Positions 57,847 through 64,000 of a stretch of 64,000 nt of DNA are shown here, one piece after another. Location: contig OX337233.1 in assembly GCA_946965045.2 (NCBI GenBank), positions 3,596,001 through 3,660,000 of the forward strand. Direction: 5' to 3'. The number at the start of each line of letters is the position of its first letter. Position 1 is the stretch's first letter. Source of the stretch: Epithemia pelagica. Its lineage: Eukaryota; Protista; Bacillariophyta. A model generated the notes under the pieces. The model was not told where the DNA came from and searched no databases. It worked only from the letters and a program-made list of their open reading frames with translations. A program made the position numbers and the translations under genes.

Positions 57847-58410
57847 GTATGGGAAGTATTTTTGCGCTTGGAGATTTCCTACCCATGAATACTTCAGTTT
57901 CTTTTTGGACAAAAGGGCTCTCCATGATATGCTGGTTGAATGGTCCCAGTATGAACAGATTATTTCGAAACGGAAGCAGCAGGACGGACGCAAGTTCAGT
58001 ATAGAAGAAATCAATAATAGTGCGTCTTGTATGATCTATATTTATATCTAGCATTCACAATGGCTATAGAACAGAGTCACACAGTGTGGTTGCACGATGC
58101 AACTTATGGATCAAAGAGTTTCAAGTTCACCAGGCCAAGCACAAAGAAACAGTTCTATTGTTTTCAGGTAGTTCAAGTGTTGGTGTGATAGTCTACTACT
58201 CCGCAAAAATCTCTTTCGTTCTCAATCATGGCTCAAGCTCAAAAGAGCATCCCATCGATTGGCTCACTAATTCTGTGTTGTCATAACACGCTCATCTCGT
58301 TTGGTTCTACTCACCATGGCTCATCCTGGAGCATCCACAAAAGTCATCGGCACCTCCTGTGGGTGACTGACTCCAAAGAGGCTTGGTATGCAGTCATGGA
58401 AAGTCGGGAT

Positions 58411-58650
58411 TGAATTCAATTCAAAGGGTATGAAATAGGGGAATAGTAAAGTTAAGTGAATTTATTGATTGTAAACATAATTGACTTTGTTAATAAAGTT
58501 CATTTACTGTCCGTTAATTTGTACACTTTCAAGATTAATTCAATTGTGTATATGTCGTGAAGTGAATCGTTAATTCTTAATTTTATTCTAAAATGAATGG
58601 AAAAGTGAATAATCAATCTACATTCAAGTTTAGATGGCACATAAAATGAC
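58411..58650. other. AT-rich island (~20-30% GC by hand count)
   Basis: Lines 58441-58620 contain about 42 G/C in 180 nt. Confidence 0.8.
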
Positions 58651-59815
58651 TTCCAGACCCTGCTCCTAACCCCTATGTTTTAGATTTGCTAGCCCTGCTA
58701 CCAGACCTATGTGCCGCTTTCTAATCCCGGGGAGTGACGGGACCAAGCACGGTTCATAGTTTCATGAAAGAAAAGTTACGACCGTGCTTCCCATCCCATC
58801 TGACAGCACTACTTACTACTTGGCGTCGGCTGGAATTTGTGCGAGATCCGTGAAGTCTTGTAGTGTATGGATTTACCGAGCCACGCCCACCGCCACTCAA
58901 ATGACCAACCACGAAAGGTCCAGAAGAAAGGCAAGTCCGAGGCTTGCTTCCAAGCAAGTGCGTAAGTTGCAACCAATAGTCCCAAAGCAAGAGCAGTTCC
59001 GAGGAAACAAAAACAAAGTTATCGGGTCCCCCAGAGATAAATTCCGCTACTCTAAAACATGACAGGAGAGACGAAAAGGATATTCATCGAACACGAGAAT
59101 CCGGAGAATCGAGCTAGCCATACCCAGAACACGTTGGAATTTATGCTGCATTATGTGCATACGAGCTCGTACTCGTATTAGGAGTAGTCTCCAAACTCCA
59201 TGGGTTACAGCTTACACCCCCTGTCATCTATCATGATGGAATGGTCTTTAGTGTTGCTTTCTGTGTTGTGAGACGCAAGGCAAAACCCATACCAATACCA
59301 GTCTATATAGGATACGAGTAAGGTGATATGATGTAGCGGTGATTATTAGTTTTTCATGTTCCTCATTATTCTCAGTAAGCTCAAAGGAAATCAGGAATCA
59401 GGTCCACTTCTCGCCCACGTCGGTCATGAATATTATTATTTATCATCTCGTTCAACTTCACAACATCTCACATACGAGCGTAACTCGTATATCTTGCATC
59501 AGTCCGCTCTACAGAACACAGAACAGTCTAAAATGAACTAAGAAAAAACTATGGGCTGAATGTAGTTACATAAAGATAGAGGTAGGCCTACGTCCTACCT
59601 ACCCCGTTTTCGAGCAACTTGCTCGTACTTAATATTTAACGAAAGAGAGACAATGAATGAAATCTCCCAACCAAAAGTCTGTTTTCGGCAACCAGTAAGC
59701 CATCTCCCAAGGAAACCCGAACAGTTTCGGTCAGACCAAAATCCGAAATCCCAAATTCTACGAGCAACGAGCACACTTTTTTTGTTCGTGTTGATCCCTC
59801 GTCGATGCTCTCACC

Positions 59816-60523
59816 ATGAAGCAATCTCCTTCGTTTGCTGGTACTTCTTCCTCTGCGGCTGCTGATGCTTCTTCTTCTTCTTCGTTTTGTGTGGCTCAGC
59901 CTCAACATCATCATGCTCAAGCCATTGCCCGTCATGGACCTCTTTGCAGTGGCCACGTTTTGATTAACAACGATCGCGAAATTCGACACTTGCCCTGTTT
60001 GCAACGATCCAAAACCTTGGATCAAGCGGCTCGAGAACAAGCCGAAACCATGGCCGAACAACTGCACCATCGAGACTCGACACTGTCTCGGTCCTCCTCG
60101 TGTTCATCATTGGACGAAGAGGTCAAGACCAACACGTGCCAAGAAACCATCAACAAGCTTTGCGACAATCGCACCAGTGTCAAGGTGGCGGTGAATATTT
60201 TGCATGGTACCAAGGGCACGAATGTACGAGACTTGCATTGTCAGGCCATGCATCGGGGAATCAAGTCGCGTTGCAAAAAGAGCGATCAAGACATGAGAGA
60301 TAATGTCTTGTCCACTTCCTTTCAAGAAATGGGCCTCGGTACTGCTCGAGCGGAAGATGGATCCATGCTCATTGTCCAGCTCTTTCGTGGACGAAAACAT
60401 CGTCAAAAGAGACAGCCACCCTCCTCGTTGGACCGATTCAGTAGCAACAGTACCATGGAGACAACCCGAACGGAGATTATGAACTCCATTACGAGCGAAC
60501 TGGATGAGATGTCCTTTTGCTAG
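59816..60523 (+). CDS. CAP/SCP (YkwD-like) domain protein
   Basis: LINNDR...LPCLQRSKTLDQAAREQAETMA and RDNVLSTSFQEMGLGTA...LIVQLF match the CAP fold pattern. Confidence 0.75.
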   Translation: MKQSPSFAGTSSSAAADASSSSSFCVAQPQHHHAQAIARHGPLCSGHVLINNDREIRHLPCLQRSKTLDQAAREQAETMAEQLHHRDSTLSRSSSCSSLDEEVKTNTCQETINKLCDNRTSVKVAVNILHGTKGTNVRDLHCQAMHRGIKSRCKKSDQDMRDNVLSTSFQEMGLGTARAEDGSMLIVQLFRGRKHRQKRQPPSSLDRFSSNSTMETTRTEIMNSITSELDEMSFC

Positions 60524-61210
60524 ACCAGCAAGGGAAACTAAATCGTTTTGTTCGATCAAACTTGATTTGTTCAGAGTGTGGATTTCGTTTGAAACTACAG
60601 TTTTACTCCTAGTAGACAATTTTATAACACTACATTTTCCTTTTGAACAAAAGAGGACGAAAGTTACTCCTACTAGCTTGTAGTTTGGTTCCTGCTATCT
60701 CTACTCAAACTAGCCAGTGTCTTCTAATCTGTCGTTTCTATTATGATGGTATTTCCTAGGAGTACTTTCAATACAAGTTTGTTGACTGTTAGCGACACTG
60801 TGTCTCGAATGCCGAATGTCTTGCACCTCTTGACAAACCATTGGACTGTCGTTTGTGTCTGCAATGTATTTTGTGTCTGTGTTTCTTGGGTTGGTCGGTG
60901 CTATCAGGAAATCAAGAGATCCACTGCCACTGTGAATCTGTGGAGAACAAGGTAGCTGGAATGCCACAACTTGACCAAATGTTTTTGTGTGCTTTCCGAA
61001 CAATTGGACCATGGCCATTCTCCTCTCTAATTCTCATTGCGGTCCGAATCTCGTTTGGCACAGTCTCGAATGTCGGCATCCAGACACATACGCACCACCA
61101 TTCATTCATTAGTAGTTGCATGGTCATGTTTTGCACACCGCACTGATGGTATTCTTTGATAAGAGTCATTTGAACAAGAAAGGGGAGTGCTTTGTACTGT
61201 GCAGCATCGC

Positions 61211-61840
61211 TCATGGCTCCTTGTCGCTCTCCTCCTTGCGAGCACCGCGAAACCGATCCAACAAGTGTTTCTGAATCCATGGTGTGGACGATAAGGCCAA
61301 GGCAATGCGCAAGGGAGCTGCCAATCGAGCAATGTTGACATAGGCCAAGGCCTCGGCTGCCACCTGAGCAAGTTCCTCCGAATTCGTCAAATCGGGTGGG
61401 TGACCATTGATGCGGACATACATGGCCAGAGCCACAACCAGGGACAACGACCAAAACCCCAATTGTACCATGGCAAACGAAATGATTCCTGCCGTACCAG
61501 CTTCCTTGATTTGCTTCATCAACTCTTTTGCCTTTGAAAAATTCTCTTGATCGTCAGTATCATCATCATCTTTTTCTCTTTCGGACTGGTCGTCAATGGA
61601 TGGCATCCAGTCGTCAATCGATTGTAACGTCTCCATCTGCAAAGCCTGCTGCCTTGTTTGCTGTTCGAGTGATTCCAAGTACGCATTTCCAAACGCACAA
61701 AGCGACGCGTGACGTCGGTGCTGTATCACAACAACGTGTCGATGACAAGAAGAGAGGATTGGTTGGAATGCCGTGGCATCATTGCACCACAACGACAACA
61801 ACAGCAAGAGGCACAACAAGGGCAGGATTCTCTTCTTCAT
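61211..61840 (-). CDS. Plastid-targeted membrane protein (DUF1279/FAM210-like)
   Basis: Signal peptide ending DATA|FQP (ASAFAP-type bipartite leader); TM segments GTAGIISFAMVQLGFW and ARLAAPLRIALAL. Confidence 0.7.
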   Translation of the reverse strand: MKKRILPLLCLLLLLSLWCNDATAFQPILSSCHRHVVVIQHRRHASLCAFGNAYLESLEQQTRQQALQMETLQSIDDWMPSIDDQSEREKDDDDTDDQENFSKAKELMKQIKEAGTAGIISFAMVQLGFWSLSLVVALAMYVRINGHPPDLTNSEELAQVAAEALAYVNIARLAAPLRIALALSSTPWIQKHLLDRFRGARKEESDKEP

Positions 61841-62546
61841 GGTGACGGAACAATATCGTGCTCTCTTTGTTCATGACAGTCGAGACACCACAATCGTCGG
61901 CGACTTGTCGACATTTTGATTGGCACAGCGGCCATCACACAATCATTATGTCCCATAACCCTAACCCTTGGTCTATTCCTATCTCTTCCTACCTCTGCTA
62001 GCTATGGTGTCTATGTGTTGTTTTCTATGGCAGAGTTCCGTGTAAGTGTTTTCTAGAGACTTAGGGCATTGCAGGAGAGCCACCATACTGGAATGGCACG
62101 TTGACTGGGGTGTCACGAAAGTCCCTGAACTTGTTGATATACATACGATCTTGGACCTTGCGGGCCTCCTCGTTTGCGTTGGCAGCACGGCATTTTGCGG
62201 GATGGGACATGGTGCGCTGTGCAGAATTCATCAAAAGATCCACTGGGTCTCGTTCGAGCGGACACAGTCACTGGAATCCCACAAAGTAACTACTGAAGGG
62301 AGTTTTCTTCCAACATGTTGTCTGCTTTACGAACGATTGGATCATACTCCTTTCCAATTCTCATTGTGGTCCGTGTCTTGTTGGCATAGATTCGGGTTGG
62401 TGCATCCAGACACACAGTATGCGAATTTTTCCCATTCCATCATTTGTGTTTAAATCGTCTTACATATGTTTGGACCTTGGAGGCTTTATCACGAACCTTT
62501 GCATGTGCCGGTACTTCGTCCATCATCCCAGTTTTCCCCCTGGGTT

Positions 62547-64000
62547 TGATAAACTTCTCTCGATTCAACAGGGGTTAGACGGATAGGTAGGAGAGGTAAA
62601 AGGCTCGCTGAGCCGACAATCGAATCACCAACCGATACAACAATCCTCCACGGGTCAGAGAAGAGTTGCAAGTCGAAGTCCGCCGTGGGTGGGGGCAGTC
62701 GGTCCACTGATAAGAGGTTAGTCTTAAGATGAGTGTTAAAATGGTGATATTTATGATTGTGAGACGATTACTAACTAAGGTGGTTGATGGTGCCGAAGTC
62801 CTGGCTCTTGTATACGGCCATGGATCTGGTGTGATAGGTCCTCACTGGTTGGAGTAGACCGGCATTGGTGTATATTGAATGTATAGGGTGATGGATAACA
62901 TGTATGGGATGCAACAGCTCTTGCTTTGTCGTGGTATAAGTCTTGTCCTGGGCGCGTTGCTGTTTGCATTCTTGGATTTGTGGGAACAGAGATATGGTCT
63001 CGCGTGATCGTGATTCGTGCTTTGATTACATAGACCGTTAGGTCGAATCGTGGATGCGCGTACTCGGATAGTAGAGGCGCGCACTTGATAGTTTTGGGCG
63101 CGCACGTGTTGGGCCATAGTTAATATCCGAGCGGTCGCCGATAACGCGTGCAATGCGAGCATGCCGTGGCCAAATTTATAGTTTCGCGAGCATGCCAACA
63201 TTCTTTTCTCACTTTTAGGAAAATGTCATCGGATGCCATAAAATACTAGCATCATTCGATGAGTTGTAGGTTTCGCCACCTAGTTTTCGGTGAGAATCCT
63301 AACACTCCCCACAATTCGTCGAATGAGGATTGTCAATTCCCTCATCACTTTCCTGGATTTTTCCTCTCCAGAATAACAAAGATCTGAGCATGGGCCAAAC
63401 TGCGGCGAATTCCCAATGTTTACTGAGGATATCAGCTGGGTTTGTCTTTCCATCTTTCCAGTAGAATGCGACGTACTTTGCAGCGATAGCTTCACGGACT
63501 CGGTGATAGGATAGGAGATGGTGCCTCTTGGAGATGATTGAGTGTGGTGTGGTGCTATTGATAACGACAGAGCGGTTATCTCCAAACATGTAACTCTTCC
63601 CTCGCAGAGGGACTCCCGAGTATCGGAGTGTAAGGCGTAGCTCCGTGATCTGATCAACTGCAGTCCTTGCGGCAACAAATTCAGATCCATACGTGGCTGT
63701 TTCCACTATGGCTTGTCGCTTACTGTACCAGTCCACGGGTGTACCATTTACAAAATGCAGGATGGCTGTAACTGCTTTCCCAGTAACCATATCATGCATG
63801 AGATTTGCGTCGACATAATGTATAGTTGTCACAAAACGCCCAAGTGGGGTTGGACAGTCCTCAGGGATACGTTCCTTGGCGTCCATGTATACGGTACGAC
63901 TCCAATCGTATTCTTGGATAGGTAAAGCTGATCAATCTGGCTCCCCAGTGCGGAATCTGATAGACCCATCAGGAAATGACATGAGGTATCCATAGATGCG
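62547..64000 (-). mobile_element. Second copy of Copia family A (3' end only, runs off the window), decaying
   Basis: LTR 62547-63304 (758 bp) is the reverse complement of 7466-8223 with about a dozen substitutions. The RNase H region carries a premature TGA at 63932-63934. Confidence 0.95.
63299..64000 (-). pseudogene. Family A pol C-terminus with nonsense mutation
   Basis: CCA GAT TGA TCA vs CCA GAT TTA TCA in the intact copy; also T>I, L>S, E>G and I>M changes. Confidence 0.9.

Noticed and set aside
61967-61978. Telomere-like AACCCTAACCCT
   Set aside because: Only two units; expected by chance.

Overview
Eukaryotic, intron-containing DNA, almost certainly from a diatom: it carries CoDi-type Copia elements, an SFGH-FALDH fusion gene and a bipartite plastid-targeted protein. 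There are three Ty1/Copia LTR retrotransposon copies from two families. Family A has an apparently intact copy at 1-8223 (+) and the decaying 3' end of a second copy at 62547-64000 (-). Family B has a complete copy at 40772-46924 (-) with a 5-bp TSD. Host genes are a bestrophin with a 9-bp micro-exon, a twin-CX9C protein, ClpX, the formaldehyde-detoxification fusion gene, a large disordered protein, a FUBP-like KH protein, a bacterial-type M23 peptidase, a CAP-domain protein and a plastid membrane protein. A Kelch-repeat family (4 intact copies, at least 4 broken) is spread by inverted and tandem segmental duplication. The strongest signal is that neither Copia family has a standard TGG (tRNA 3'-CCA) primer-binding site. 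Family B has a 14-nt PBS perfectly complementary to a sequence inside its own LTR, next to an initiator-like motif, which fits Tf1-style self-priming. Family A has a PBS complementary to the anticodon arm of a tRNA-Asn(GUU), in the same register as Drosophila copia half-tRNA priming. Both families also carry an unexplained extra ORF between the PBS and gag. All comparisons were made by eye; no database searches were run.
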